From a virus (taxonomy: Duplodnaviria; Caudoviricetes), in the IMG/VR virus record IMGVR_UViG_3300011335_000496, positions 1 through 36,551 of that record: a stretch of 36,551 nucleotides of DNA. One strand, 5' to 3'. The notes below the pieces were generated by a model. The model was not told the DNA's origin, did not search any database, and worked only from the letters and a program-made list of their open reading frames with translations. The position numbers and the translations under genes were made by a program. Of this stretch, positions 8,029-17,046 are shown one piece after another (position 1 is the first letter of the stretch; each line of letters opens with the position of its first letter).

Positions 8029-8054
8029 GGTTGTGTTTCTTTCTTGGTTTGGGG

Positions 8055-8282
8055 TTAGCGTCCGTTAAGAAACTTGCAGAACTTGGAGTATTCGAGGGTC
8101 GGCATATACACCTCTCCAAGATCACCCACCTCGGTTGGGCGGGTCACTCGCACTTCGCCAAAGGTGGTTTCGATGTAGCAACTCTCAACCGCATTATCCT
8201 CGAAAACTTTTGATGCAATAGCACGAATCTGATTGAGGGTGGAGGGAAGGGTTTCCGTCTTTTCCGCTGTGGTCATTTGCAT
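8055..8282 (-). CDS. Small early protein, first gene after the early promoter
   Basis: 75 aa; ATG lies 6 nt after the -10 box. Confidence 0.7.
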   Translation of the reverse strand: MQMTTAEKTETLPSTLNQIRAIASKVFEDNAVESCYIETTFGEVRVTRPTEVGDLGEVYMPTLEYSKFCKFLNGR

Positions 8283-8335
8283 ATTGCGAATCTATACCAC
8301 CCCACCCACCTTGTCCATCTTTATTTTGCTTTATC
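8283..8335 (-). promoter_or_regulatory. Sigma70-type early promoter with a leaderless start
   Basis: A-rich UP-like tract, TGGACA(8317-8312)-17 nt-TAGATT(8294-8289)-6 nt-ATG. Confidence 0.7.
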
Positions 8336-8660
8336 TTGACGAATGTTTGTAACTCTTTGATGCTAGGGGCTTTGTGGGAGGGGGAATAAGGCGAAAGTAT
8401 GGGGTTCTGCGAAGGTATTGTTGCCTTGGCCCACCTTTCACCAGCTTCTTTTGATTCTTTTCTCCAGCGCAAACAATCGATTTGAACTTTCTTGTTTCCG
8501 CTTTTCCCTCTCGCATCATCTCGGCAATTATTCTTGAGGTTGTGCTAGGAGTTCGGTTGAAAAGTTTTGCGATCTCGTTTCTTGTTTGCCATCCGGGAGG
8601 AATTATTTCTTCTCCCTTTGTCGAGATATACTTTTCCAACGCCTTCACCCAGCCACTCAT
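8331..8660 (-). CDS. Winged-HTH protein
   Basis: Start at the TGATG overlap; TRNEIAKLFNRTPSTTSRIIAEM HTH. Confidence 0.75.
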   Translation of the reverse strand: MSGWVKALEKYISTKGEEIIPPGWQTRNEIAKLFNRTPSTTSRIIAEMMREGKAETRKFKSIVCAGEKNQKKLVKGGPRQQYLRRTPYFRLIPPPTKPLASKSYKHSSR

Positions 8661-9403
8661 CAAAAAGTTTTCATCTGCGTTGGCACGATGAACTTTCCGT
8701 TGCGCTCCTTGGCTTGAAATACATCGTGGCCGTGTTCGTGAATCAAGCCAAAAGCCCAGCCGTGTTGCCATCTCAAGCGCCTCATCTGCCCCCTCGTATA
8801 TGATGGGGTCTTGTTACAGCAACAGCCGATATTGTATGCCTCCCTAGAATCAAGGCTCACACTTTTGTAATAATCTATTGCGTGTGTGTGTCCAAATAAA
8901 ACTGCCCCTGCTCCATAAGCGTCTGCGTGTTGCTTCGCTCCGTGGAGACTGGCTCCATATCCATGAACGAAGGTGAGAGAACCATTCTGATATACTCCCG
9001 CCGTTGAATCGTAGGGGTACATCTTCCCCCTCGTCTCCTTCATTATGGTTTCGATATTGTTACACCCATCCAAAGCGTAGTCCCTCGCCACTCCACTTCG
9101 GACATTCGTACTCATATCAAAAATCCGTTCATCGTGGTTGCCCCTTAGAAAGATTCGCTCTTGTCCGAACTTAAAGAACGCTCGAATAAATTCCTCCCCC
9201 TCATCCCAATCTCTTTGAAGCGAAGAGGCTTGGTCGGTATCATCTGCCCCTCTGCGTATCGCTCGGAAGTCCCAGTTGTCTCCGAGGTTCACCACGAGAT
9301 CGGGCTTATAGTCGGCACAAAAAGCAAGCAAGGCTTTTACCGTTGTCGGGTCTTGTTCATCGCCGTGAACATCCCCTGCCGCCACAAACTTAATGGGCTT
9401 CAC
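8660..9403 (-). CDS. Calcineurin-like metallophosphoesterase
   Basis: GDVHG, LGDNWD, GNHDER, VHG and GHTH motifs. Confidence 0.92.
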   Translation of the reverse strand: MKPIKFVAAGDVHGDEQDPTTVKALLAFCADYKPDLVVNLGDNWDFRAIRRGADDTDQASSLQRDWDEGEEFIRAFFKFGQERIFLRGNHDERIFDMSTNVRSGVARDYALDGCNNIETIMKETRGKMYPYDSTAGVYQNGSLTFVHGYGASLHGAKQHADAYGAGAVLFGHTHAIDYYKSVSLDSREAYNIGCCCNKTPSYTRGQMRRLRWQHGWAFGLIHEHGHDVFQAKERNGKFIVPTQMKTF

Positions 9404-9744
9404 TTAATCCCGCCCATCATATCGAAGATGCGCTTGCACGAATCTCTTGCCGTGGTAGCGCACAAATCTTCGTCCTCCATTCCAAGCCTTGCCAGCTCTA
9501 AAATTATTTTAACTTGGCCACGAAGCGTCATAAGATAGGTCACTTGGTCGATTGATTCTTCTATGGCGTTCTCGGTTACTCGAATGGTGGGCATCGTCCA
9601 GAGGGGGCCAGCCTCGCCGTGTTGAGCTTGGCCTTTGCGATATTTAATTTCTATCGCTTCAATAGTTGCAAGTTGAATCTGGCTAAGGTGGTAGGCGTGT
9701 TTCTCCGTAAATTCGTTACTCGCCACAACCTTTAATCCTGTCAT
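9400..9744 (-). CDS. All-alpha protein, possibly a MazG-like NTP pyrophosphatase
   Basis: KYRKGQAQHG...ENAIEESIDQVTYL (EExxD) pattern. Confidence 0.45.
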   Translation of the reverse strand: MTGLKVVASNEFTEKHAYHLSQIQLATIEAIEIKYRKGQAQHGEAGPLWTMPTIRVTENAIEESIDQVTYLMTLRGQVKIILELARLGMEDEDLCATTARDSCKRIFDMMGGIK

Positions 9745-9748
9745 CTTT

Positions 9749-10252
9749 TTAACGACTAGCCCAAGGATTCTTTTTCACAATGCTTTTCTTTGGAATTACT
9801 TGGGCTTTCTGTGGGGTGACAAGTTCTCTCCATCCAGAAATCAATCCATCCTCAAGATGGGGTTCTTCCCATTCGAGATGCCGTAGCTGATACTTCTCCC
9901 CGATCTTTTGGCAGATAGCGTAGGTCTGTGAATCGTCCCACGATGCGTTGAATGAGCCAGTAGAACCGAGAGAGAGAGGAACATAGTCAATAGCGTGACT
10001 CCCCTTGCCTAGGTCAATATGGAGCGATTGCGGGGGGACTCCTCGGGCGTTGGTGACTTTCGTCCCAGCCTTTGTTCTGCCTTGGGCATATAGTTCCTCT
10101 TGCTCCGCTGGCGTTCTGGATGAGCAGTAGATGAGAACTGGAATCTTTTTGCTTATTAGTTCCGAGTACCAGCGGGAAACCCTGTCCCCGAAACTCGGCT
10201 CAAGGTTTTTAATATGCCCCCTCGATCTTTCAGAGGCTTCTTTGATCGTCAT
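9749..10252 (-). CDS. Endolysin, M15 family (L-Ala-D-Glu-type) peptidase
   Basis: RTPAEQEELYAQGRT..G.KVTNA, SLH, AID and EEPHLE; start at the ATGA overlap. Confidence 0.9.
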   Translation of the reverse strand: MTIKEASERSRGHIKNLEPSFGDRVSRWYSELISKKIPVLIYCSSRTPAEQEELYAQGRTKAGTKVTNARGVPPQSLHIDLGKGSHAIDYVPLSLGSTGSFNASWDDSQTYAICQKIGEKYQLRHLEWEEPHLEDGLISGWRELVTPQKAQVIPKKSIVKKNPWASR

Positions 10253-10488
10253 TTGTTTTCGGCTCTTGCTCTCCATCGTTCTTGTTCTGCGATGGCGTTG
10301 CTCAAGGCTTTAAGTGCCTTTGCGTACTGCTCACGAAACTCTGGGCGAACTAGGCCAAGACTTCGTTCTAATTTATCCCACTCCATAATCAGAGCGGGGA
10401 TGTCGGCGGGGGAAGGGGCGGTGTAGGTATAGTTTGTGGAAGCGCAAGAACTAAGGGCGAGTCCTCCACCAAGAATCAAGGTCAGCAT
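10249..10488 (-). CDS. Outer-membrane lipoprotein spanin (Rz1-like)
   Basis: MLTLILGGGLALSS-C lipobox; overlaps the 3' end of the i-spanin in another frame. Confidence 0.7.
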   Translation of the reverse strand: MLTLILGGGLALSSCASTNYTYTAPSPADIPALIMEWDKLERSLGLVRPEFREQYAKALKALSNAIAEQERWRARAENK

Positions 10489-10615
10489 CCCTAAGCCTAC
10501 GGCGATATTCAATTTCTGCATCATCTCTTTCAGTCCTAGTCTTAGCACGATTTTTAAGCCACCAGAAAAGGATTCCAACAACTCCTGCAAGCGAGGCAAT
10601 GGCGGCCTCAATCAT
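10451..10615 (-). CDS. Inner-membrane spanin (Rz-like), 54 aa
   Basis: Translated by hand: MIEAAIASLAGVVGILFWWLKNRAK... (N-terminal TM plus charged helix). Confidence 0.65.
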   Translation of the reverse strand: MIEAAIASLAGVVGILFWWLKNRAKTRTERDDAEIEYRRRLRDADLDSWWRTRP

Positions 10616-10618
10616 AAC

Positions 10619-10789
10619 CTACTTCTTCGAGAACTTGCTGAGGAACGAAACGATCTTGGTGAGGGTCGCTTCTGGCTCGTCACCCGGAATCAAAGAGGCA
10701 ACTGCGATTACGGCAGAGAGCAAGGCAACCAACGCACCCACCCACGCAAACACATCCTGAGATTGAACGAATGATAAGATTTGTTGCAT
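10619..10789 (-). CDS. Putative holin (56 aa)
   Basis: TM helix and basic KFSKK tail; first gene of the lysis cassette. Confidence 0.65.
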   Translation of the reverse strand: MQQILSFVQSQDVFAWVGALVALLSAVIAVASLIPGDEPEATLTKIVSFLSKFSKK

Positions 10790-10811
10790 ACCTTGAGGGG
10801 GTGTCAAAGGG

Positions 10812-11321
10812 CTAGGCTTCGTAAGTCCAGTAGCTAGCGGGCTCAATTACTCCGCTTGCGGGTCTATCGTCTCCCTCATCGCTTGGTCGATAGAGAGGAT
10901 AATTTTGCCCAAAGAAACTAAATGTTCCAACCAAAACATCAAACTCATCACCACCTATAGAGTTATATTCTCCAGTATCGCCCCTTATAAGAAAACTCGG
11001 AACAACTCCGTAGAGCGTGGGGCTAGCATAAGAATTCACATAAAAACCATCTAGGAAAAAGAGATTATCGAGATCGTTTGGAGAAAAGCCGTTACCACTA
11101 GCTCCGCTGTTATCGCAAACCAGATAAGTTTCATCTGTGGCGGTTTGAGTAAATGTTCTAGGAGAAATTGGAAACTCTGCGCTAGTAATTGTAATCGTCC
11201 AGCTTTTCACCCGCCAATATATTTCCATTGCATCTGCAAGCGATTGCGTGGCTAAAGCTGGAATTTCTGTAAGGCACGCTGGAAAATAACCGCTGTAGCT
11301 AGCGTGGAGAACTTTTGCCAT
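10812..11321 (-). CDS. Tail-associated hypothetical protein
   Basis: 169 aa directly after the fibre/baseplate gene. Confidence 0.6.
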   Translation of the reverse strand: MAKVLHASYSGYFPACLTEIPALATQSLADAMEIYWRVKSWTITITSAEFPISPRTFTQTATDETYLVCDNSGASGNGFSPNDLDNLFFLDGFYVNSYASPTLYGVVPSFLIRGDTGEYNSIGGDEFDVLVGTFSFFGQNYPLYRPSDEGDDRPASGVIEPASYWTYEA

Positions 11322-11350
11322 AGGATTTCGTTAGGGCTTACTGCCCCTGC

Positions 11351-12991
11351 TTAATATCCGATGACTGTGATTCGGTAGGTGGCTGTGTTTACATCCCTAG
11401 AAACGCTATCCGCATTTGTGCAAGAGAGGCACACGGTATTTGCTTTATATGCCACGCCTTGAATAACTGCCCCCGCTGAAACTGCCGATGGCAAGCCAAT
11501 CAAAACAATATCATTTACTGAAGCACCAGTAACTACTACATCCCGATAATGCTGATCGTTACCAGCCACCGAACCAAAACTTACCGAGGCAAGCGTTGTG
11601 ACGGTATAGGAAGATTGTGGAAGCACTCCGTAGCTAACTCCAGTTGCCAAAAGCCCAACATTGATTAGGCCAGAAACAACATTCCCATTTGCGGGTTGAG
11701 CCGTGACGGACGCTCCGTAGAATCCCATAGGAGTATTTGAAAAGGCAATGCCCGCCCCATAGCTAAGAACATTTGTTCCCGCTGAGTTATTGAGCGTCCT
11801 TGCTCCGTAATTAACCGCCGTTACTGAGGTCGCATCTCTCAATCCCCTCCCGCTAGCATTTACATTTGAAGTTGAGTCTTCTACGAATAGGGCATCCGCT
11901 TCGGCCTTGGTATAGTACGATGCTTGATCTGCGGGAACAACGCTTCCAGTAGTGATGAGATCACGCCTCACGGTGATTGAACTTTGAAGAACCGTCTTGG
12001 GTGTTCCCCCTTGGGTTAGTTCAATCTCGATTGTGGGTGTGATCGTGTCTGAACCAGCTTCCGCAAATAATTCGTCAAGCTCTGCCGTTGCGAGGGTGAC
12101 GGTTGTTTGTAAGAACGAGCCAAAGATAACTCCACTTGCATCTAGCGTGAGGGCGGTCGTTATGTTTTGCAGGCCAAGATCACGGACAAAAGAGATGCTA
12201 TAATTGCCAGAGTTGTTTCCAATATCTATGCTTATGTTGCCAGTACCAATTCCAGTAACTGCGCTCAACGCACCAGAAAAGGTTGTTGCGCTAGAACCAA
12301 TCGCAATCGCCGTGGTGCTATTTGCTCCATAATTAAAAACAACTGAGCCGCCTTCAGCGTCTGGGCCAACGGATAAGTTGTAAATCTCGTTTTGAGTTGC
12401 AGAACCATCTTGCAGTTTTGTTAGAGAAACAACCCCAGCGGTGGGCGATGCAACAAAAGTATCTGAATAAACAGCAGGATTACGAATCAGCTTTATGATT
12501 TGTTGGGCAGAAACTGAGGTAGCGGGGAAGCGTCTTGTATTTACGATGACGGAGCTAGTCGGAAATAGAGTGAAGGATGAGCCTCCAAAGGACATCGCAG
12601 AGTTAGCCGTTGCCGATGTGATGAGATACGAATTAGACTCTGCTCCGTAGGTTGTTACGGAAACGCTCGTACTTGCGATAGCAGAGATAGCATTATATAC
12701 ACAAACCGCCGTAGCATTGTAGGGGATGGCAAGAGAAGTGACAGAGTTTAGGACTAGCTTAAAACTGCCGTCACTTGGGCCGTCATCAATCCCGCCGATG
12801 CCTAGCTTTACGGACGATCCAACCGTGCTCAGATCACGCAAGAATCCATTCGTGTCCCTCTCTTGCAACCGCACTCTAAAATTGTAGGAGTCGTTCCTAG
12901 TGAATGTTGGCAGAGAACCATTCCGAGCCGCCCCAGAAGCAAGAAGCGTTCCATTCGTTACATCAATGTAAAAATCTATGCTTTGTGCCAT
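11351..12991 (-). CDS. Tail fibre/baseplate protein
   Basis: Ser/Thr/Gly-rich beta content; two related repeats (FKLVLNSVTSLAIPYNATA..VYNAIS and VVFNYGANSTTAIAIGSSA..FSGALS); start at ATG 12991. Confidence 0.75.
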   Translation of the reverse strand: MAQSIDFYIDVTNGTLLASGAARNGSLPTFTRNDSYNFRVRLQERDTNGFLRDLSTVGSSVKLGIGGIDDGPSDGSFKLVLNSVTSLAIPYNATAVCVYNAISAIASTSVSVTTYGAESNSYLITSATANSAMSFGGSSFTLFPTSSVIVNTRRFPATSVSAQQIIKLIRNPAVYSDTFVASPTAGVVSLTKLQDGSATQNEIYNLSVGPDAEGGSVVFNYGANSTTAIAIGSSATTFSGALSAVTGIGTGNISIDIGNNSGNYSISFVRDLGLQNITTALTLDASGVIFGSFLQTTVTLATAELDELFAEAGSDTITPTIEIELTQGGTPKTVLQSSITVRRDLITTGSVVPADQASYYTKAEADALFVEDSTSNVNASGRGLRDATSVTAVNYGARTLNNSAGTNVLSYGAGIAFSNTPMGFYGASVTAQPANGNVVSGLINVGLLATGVSYGVLPQSSYTVTTLASVSFGSVAGNDQHYRDVVVTGASVNDIVLIGLPSAVSAGAVIQGVAYKANTVCLSCTNADSVSRDVNTATYRITVIGY

Positions 12992-13013
12992 TTGAATACC
13001 TTCTATGTCAATC

Positions 13014-13259
13014 TCATTTGCCAAGCACAATTATTGTGTCTGGCGTTCCATTCGAGCAAACATTCAATGTTATTTCAGAAAATCCATCCGTGCCTACAAT
13101 CCCAGAACTAGAAATCTTAAATCCAGAATCTTCTTGTGTTATGTTTATTCCAGTTCCAGCAACAGGCTTCGTACATTCTATTCTCCGTATCAGTCTGTTA
13201 AAGAAACTTAGACCAAGCCTAGATGCTCCTGCTAGTTCGTTGAGTTGATTCTCTCTCAT
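13014..13259 (-). CDS. Small tail-tip protein
   Basis: Synteny; PVAGTGINITQ motif. Confidence 0.6.
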   Translation of the reverse strand: MRENQLNELAGASRLGLSFFNRLIRRIECTKPVAGTGINITQEDSGFKISSSGIVGTDGFSEITLNVCSNGTPDTIIVLGK

Positions 13260-13275
13260 AAATACTTAAACAAGA

Positions 13276-13917
13276 TTAAAAGATGTGGACTATCTGTTTT
13301 TCCGCATAAACTGTTCGTGCAACTAGAAACAATCCTCGCCTTTCACAACTAACAGATAGCGGGACATAGCCAAAATATCCAATAAAATAAGCATCACGCT
13401 GTTCATCTAAAAAGATTGGTCTGGGTTGTGCTGGCATCCTTGTTCCGTTAATAAATTCTGGCATCGGGCTTGTGCTATTAGCCCACAATCTGCCTCCTAA
13501 TCCAGAGGCTTGTGCGTTGCTTGAGATGAATTGTGTTTCAGTTATATCTGTAATATATTCTGCCTCGATTACAAGGGGCGGCCCATAAATCTCCGCACCC
13601 GGTGTTGGAATAAGCCGGACTATAGCTGGGGGTAATCCAGTCGATGAGGTTAGCCCAACATAAGTCACAAGTAGCTGAGTAATCCCACCATCCTCCTCTT
13701 CGCTCGCTACCGATTCGACAACCATCCTTGAATACTTTACAGAGGCAGAGGAGAACGAGGTGTGCGTTGTGTTCTTCTCTGGAATAATAGAGGCTCGGTT
13801 GCTTGTCTTAATCGCATAGGCCTCGATTATTGTTTCAAGTCCATTAGCCTCTTTGCTGAAGTTCTGCCTTTTAAGCACCTTCGTATTGATTGCCGACCCG
13901 ATAATATCTGTTGCCAT
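13276..13917 (-). CDS. Distal tail/hub-like protein
   Basis: Directly after the TMP; beta-rich. Confidence 0.6.
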   Translation of the reverse strand: MATDIIGSAINTKVLKRQNFSKEANGLETIIEAYAIKTSNRASIIPEKNTTHTSFSSASVKYSRMVVESVASEEEDGGITQLLVTYVGLTSSTGLPPAIVRLIPTPGAEIYGPPLVIEAEYITDITETQFISSNAQASGLGGRLWANSTSPMPEFINGTRMPAQPRPIFLDEQRDAYFIGYFGYVPLSVSCERRGLFLVARTVYAEKQIVHIF

Positions 13918-13921
13918 ATAT

Positions 13922-15265
13922 TTATTTAACCAGAGGAGCAGAACCCATTAAATCAACGAGCTTAGTTATTGCTTTAAGTACCTCGGCGGCTTGGTCTGGT
14001 GCTCCTGTACTCGGTACTCCCGCTGGTGCTCCGAAAGGGGTTTGGGTCATCATTCCGGCTCCTTGTTTTAGAAATCCGCTCTGCGCTCCTAGTGCGGCGA
14101 TTTGCGCTGGGTCAAGCCCAGTCATTCCCCCTTGAATCTGATTTGCTAGGCTGGGTGCTTCTCTTGCGGCTTGTTGAGCGGCCACCCTCTCCTTCATATC
14201 CTGCATCGTAAGTGGGGCTTGTCCCATCGCTTTTCTTTTTACATTCTCTTCTTCCGTCATCTTCCCGAACACCTTCTCTTGTGTCTTAAAATCTTCTTGC
14301 TTGTTTTCTCTTTGCCTTCGTTTCCTAGCCACATCAAGAGTTTGTTGACCTCCCTTGCTTGCTCCCAATAAGCCACCGCTTTGTGCCTGTGCTTTTTTAG
14401 CCTCATCAGCATTAGCCTTTTCGAGCTTTGTATTTGCAACAATTAAGGATGTTTGCTGTTCGTATAATGCGTTCGCATTTTTAGTTATTAAAAGTCTTTT
14501 GTTCTCGGAGTCTGCCAATCTATTTAAATCTGTTCTCTCTTGTTTTAAGACGGCAATCCTTGTTTCAATTTCATCAGTTAGCTGTGAGGCTAGGGCGACA
14601 TTTTTCCCAGTTATTCCCTCTTGTGCGTCTAGCTCTGCTCGTAGTCTGCGAGCATTTTTGGATGTGCTCTCCATCTCTTCCGATGTTTGCGTTGTAATTT
14701 CAAGTTCTCTTTGTCTAATTTTTAGAATCTCTTCTTGAATAACAAGCTGACTCTGCGCTGTTTTAAGTTCTCTCTCTGTATCCCCAAAGCCAAGATTGAT
14801 TCCAGTAAGTTTTTCTAGTCCACCCATTATCTTCCCCAATGAACCAAGCTGGGTGATCTTACCCTTTAGCTTTTCGGCTACATCTGCGGTTGCTTCTAAT
14901 CCCTTGCGAGCCTCTTCAACGCTTGTGCTTTTGAATGATGTTTCAAAGGCATCGGCTAGTGATTTCTGGGTTTCATAGTAATCTGTGGCCGAGTTTTTAA
15001 CTGCTTCCCCAAACTTGTTGACCGCCCCAACCGCCGCCGCTCCTATGATTCCCCCAACCCCTAGCCGAGCCAGTTGCATAAAGGAATGGGAGGCACTTGT
15101 TCCTGAGCTCCCTAGATGTAACAGGCTTTTGGCTAGTTGCTTAGTCGATGTTCCTGCACTATCAAAAGACTTAGATGTTTTTGTGGCCTCACGCTGGAGG
15201 TTCTTAAGGACGGGAGTTCCCTTTTTGTCATCAATCAGTACTTCTCCTTGAATCTTAAATCCCAT
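13922..15265 (-). CDS. Tape measure protein (short, 447 aa)
   Basis: Long helical Ala/Gly/Lys-rich protein downstream of the tail chaperones. Confidence 0.8.
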   Translation of the reverse strand: MGFKIQGEVLIDDKKGTPVLKNLQREATKTSKSFDSAGTSTKQLAKSLLHLGSSGTSASHSFMQLARLGVGGIIGAAAVGAVNKFGEAVKNSATDYYETQKSLADAFETSFKSTSVEEARKGLEATADVAEKLKGKITQLGSLGKIMGGLEKLTGINLGFGDTERELKTAQSQLVIQEEILKIRQRELEITTQTSEEMESTSKNARRLRAELDAQEGITGKNVALASQLTDEIETRIAVLKQERTDLNRLADSENKRLLITKNANALYEQQTSLIVANTKLEKANADEAKKAQAQSGGLLGASKGGQQTLDVARKRRQRENKQEDFKTQEKVFGKMTEEENVKRKAMGQAPLTMQDMKERVAAQQAAREAPSLANQIQGGMTGLDPAQIAALGAQSGFLKQGAGMMTQTPFGAPAGVPSTGAPDQAAEVLKAITKLVDLMGSAPLVK

Positions 15266-15266
15266 A

Positions 15267-16034
15267 TTACCCCTTGAGCTTGTCAGCTATTTCTTGATTC
15301 TTTCTCTCAATATATACCTTCATATCGTCTTCTTCTTCGTCCATCGCCATTTGCAGGCCGTGCCACGCACCACTCTTTGGCTTGTCTGCCCCATCAGCCG
15401 CATTACCAAATATGGCTCTGCATTTCCCAATTACTGCCAACGCCCCACCCCCAAAGTTTGCGCTTCCTTTGAGAACAGAGAACCGCTTTTCTAAGCCCTT
15501 AGATACTGCCTTCAGTTCAGCCACCATTGGCCCTTTGGTTAAAAATGATTTGAAAAGATTGTAGGCTGGAATCCACCCTGCGGAAATATACCCGCTAGAA
15601 GACATAGATGTTTTGACTAGCTTATTGTAGAACATACTGGCCGAACCGCTTCTTCCTTTATGACCTCTACCCGGCCCCGCTAGCGATCTTGGAAAGCTCT
15701 GGTAGAATCCCTTGTTCTTGCCCCTGCGTATTCTCCATGTCGCAATCTGAAAGGCTTCCTTCTTTCCAGAATACATTAGCTTTGGACTCTTTCTAAACTT
15801 AACAACCTCTTTCCCCTTTTTATTTGTGAAAACATACGATGATTGAATGACCTCTTCAGCCTTTAGGCTTTTTCTAATATCGTCTGTATCTGCTCTTTTT
15901 GTGTTCCGTTCTGCCATCGCTCGCATACAGATATTTGCCGCCCTGCGGTTTGTCTCATCAACATAGAACTTCCCAGACAACTCCATATATCTTTGGAGGG
16001 TTTTATTGAAATCTGTTGTATCTAAAACGATCAT
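15267..16034 (-). CDS. Basic neck/tail-completion-like protein (HK97 gp10/lambda Z-like)
   Basis: LDTTDFNKTLQRY N-terminus, very basic, helical C-terminus. Confidence 0.5.
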   Translation of the reverse strand: MIVLDTTDFNKTLQRYMELSGKFYVDETNRRAANICMRAMAERNTKRADTDDIRKSLKAEEVIQSSYVFTNKKGKEVVKFRKSPKLMYSGKKEAFQIATWRIRRGKNKGFYQSFPRSLAGPGRGHKGRSGSASMFYNKLVKTSMSSSGYISAGWIPAYNLFKSFLTKGPMVAELKAVSKGLEKRFSVLKGSANFGGGALAVIGKCRAIFGNAADGADKPKSGAWHGLQMAMDEEEDDMKVYIERKNQEIADKLKG

Positions 16035-16054
16035 AACTATTGGCCTTCGTCAAT

Positions 16055-16263
16055 TTATAGGTCGAGAAACTTTTCTATGCCCTTTATCTCTTCTTGGTTA
16101 AAGCTCGTCTTTAATCGGCAGTTCACACCCTCGCTCCAAAGGAAGGTGTGCCGTGCTTGAATGATTAGTTTTAGGGGAACTTGCCACATAATATAGTCAA
16201 TGCTCCATCCTGTTTTCTTTGCCAGCGTGAAGACCAACGCCGCCGTCCACGCTGGCGTTAGTC
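16055..16263 (-). CDS. -1 frameshift extension of the tail assembly chaperone (gpGT-like)
   Basis: Open frame RLTPAWTAALVFTLAKKTGWSIDYIMWQVPL follows the slippery site. Confidence 0.8.
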
Positions 16264-16635
16264 GTTTCCCGATGCTGTTGCCCCACTAGGAACAATCGTA
16301 ACCTCGCCCCTATTGGCTTCTTCAACAATGGTCTCAACAAGTTTAGAGGCAATAGATCGTTCTTCATCGTTCTTGTTTTCCATCCAGTCTAAAAGCCTTG
16401 ACCTAAACAGATTTTTATTCCAAGCAAGTTCGATAGCTGTCTGTCTATTTTTAGCGATCTGAATATGCATAAATATAAAAGCCCAAATAAAGAACATTGT
16501 GGTATCTTCATCGCTCCGTACTTGCAGTAAAAGCAGTCTGCTTCCCTCTGTATAGTCTGCGAGCTTTTCTCCGTTATAGAATTTTGCATTTGCTACAAAA
16601 GCTGAGTTTAGTTCTTCATCTAAGGATATATTCAT
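16258..16635 (-). CDS. Tail assembly chaperone (gpG-like)
   Basis: Between tail tube and TMP; ends ...S-G-N-D over G GGA AAC. Confidence 0.8.
   Translation of the reverse strand: MNISLDEELNSAFVANAKFYNGEKLADYTEGSRLLLLQVRSDEDTTMFFIWAFIFMHIQIAKNRQTAIELAWNKNLFRSRLLDWMENKNDEERSIASKLVETIVEEANRGEVTIVPSGATASGND
16264..16270 (-). other. Programmed -1 ribosomal frameshift site GGGAAAC
   Basis: X XXY YYZ heptamer in the correct phase just before the chaperone stop codon. Confidence 0.85.
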
Positions 16636-17012
16636 AAGTGCCGTAGCATCGCCCTTTTTTGATCTGAGGTTGCGTTTTCTGACACAAGCAAAGTTTGGCC
16701 TCCACGCTCAATAATGCGCACCGGGGTACAGCGCTTTACAAGCCCCAAAAGTGTGTCTCTATTTTCCAAGGCCGCCCTAACATATCGAATAGGGGATTCT
16801 TCGGGACACTTCATCTCACTCCACGGACATTCCATCTCTGCCCTTACCTCTGCCCCCTTGCCCCCTGCCTCGAACCAGAAAGTTACCTGCGACTCCCCAT
16901 TTTCTTTTATCGTTCGTGAAACTGGATCGAGCCTTCGGAGCTTGCCACCAGCCCCAGCCACGGCACTAGCCACCTTGATATTCGTCGTTCCCCAGTATGC
17001 AATACCTTCCAT
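16632..17012 (-). CDS. Hypothetical protein in the tail operon
   Basis: 126 aa, ATGA-coupled to the chaperone. Confidence 0.7.
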   Translation of the reverse strand: MEGIAYWGTTNIKVASAVAGAGGKLRRLDPVSRTIKENGESQVTFWFEAGGKGAEVRAEMECPWSEMKCPEESPIRYVRAALENRDTLLGLVKRCTPVRIIERGGQTLLVSENATSDQKRAMLRHL

Positions 17013-17046
17013 GAGATTAGGATTTCATTAGAAGCAACTTGCCTCT

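Larger units (their letters stand above)
7277..8057 (-). repeat. Four copies of an intergenic leader AACCC(C)...CCAAGAAAG(A/G)AA...ATG
   Basis: Copies at about 8029-8057, 7800-7829, 7510-7532 and 7277-7308, each running from the end of one gene to the next ATG. Confidence 0.85.

Noticed and set aside
7277-8057. Spaced repeats resembling a CRISPR array or integron attC sites
   Set aside because: The repeats are imperfect, non-palindromic and separated by whole genes; there is no cas or integrase gene.
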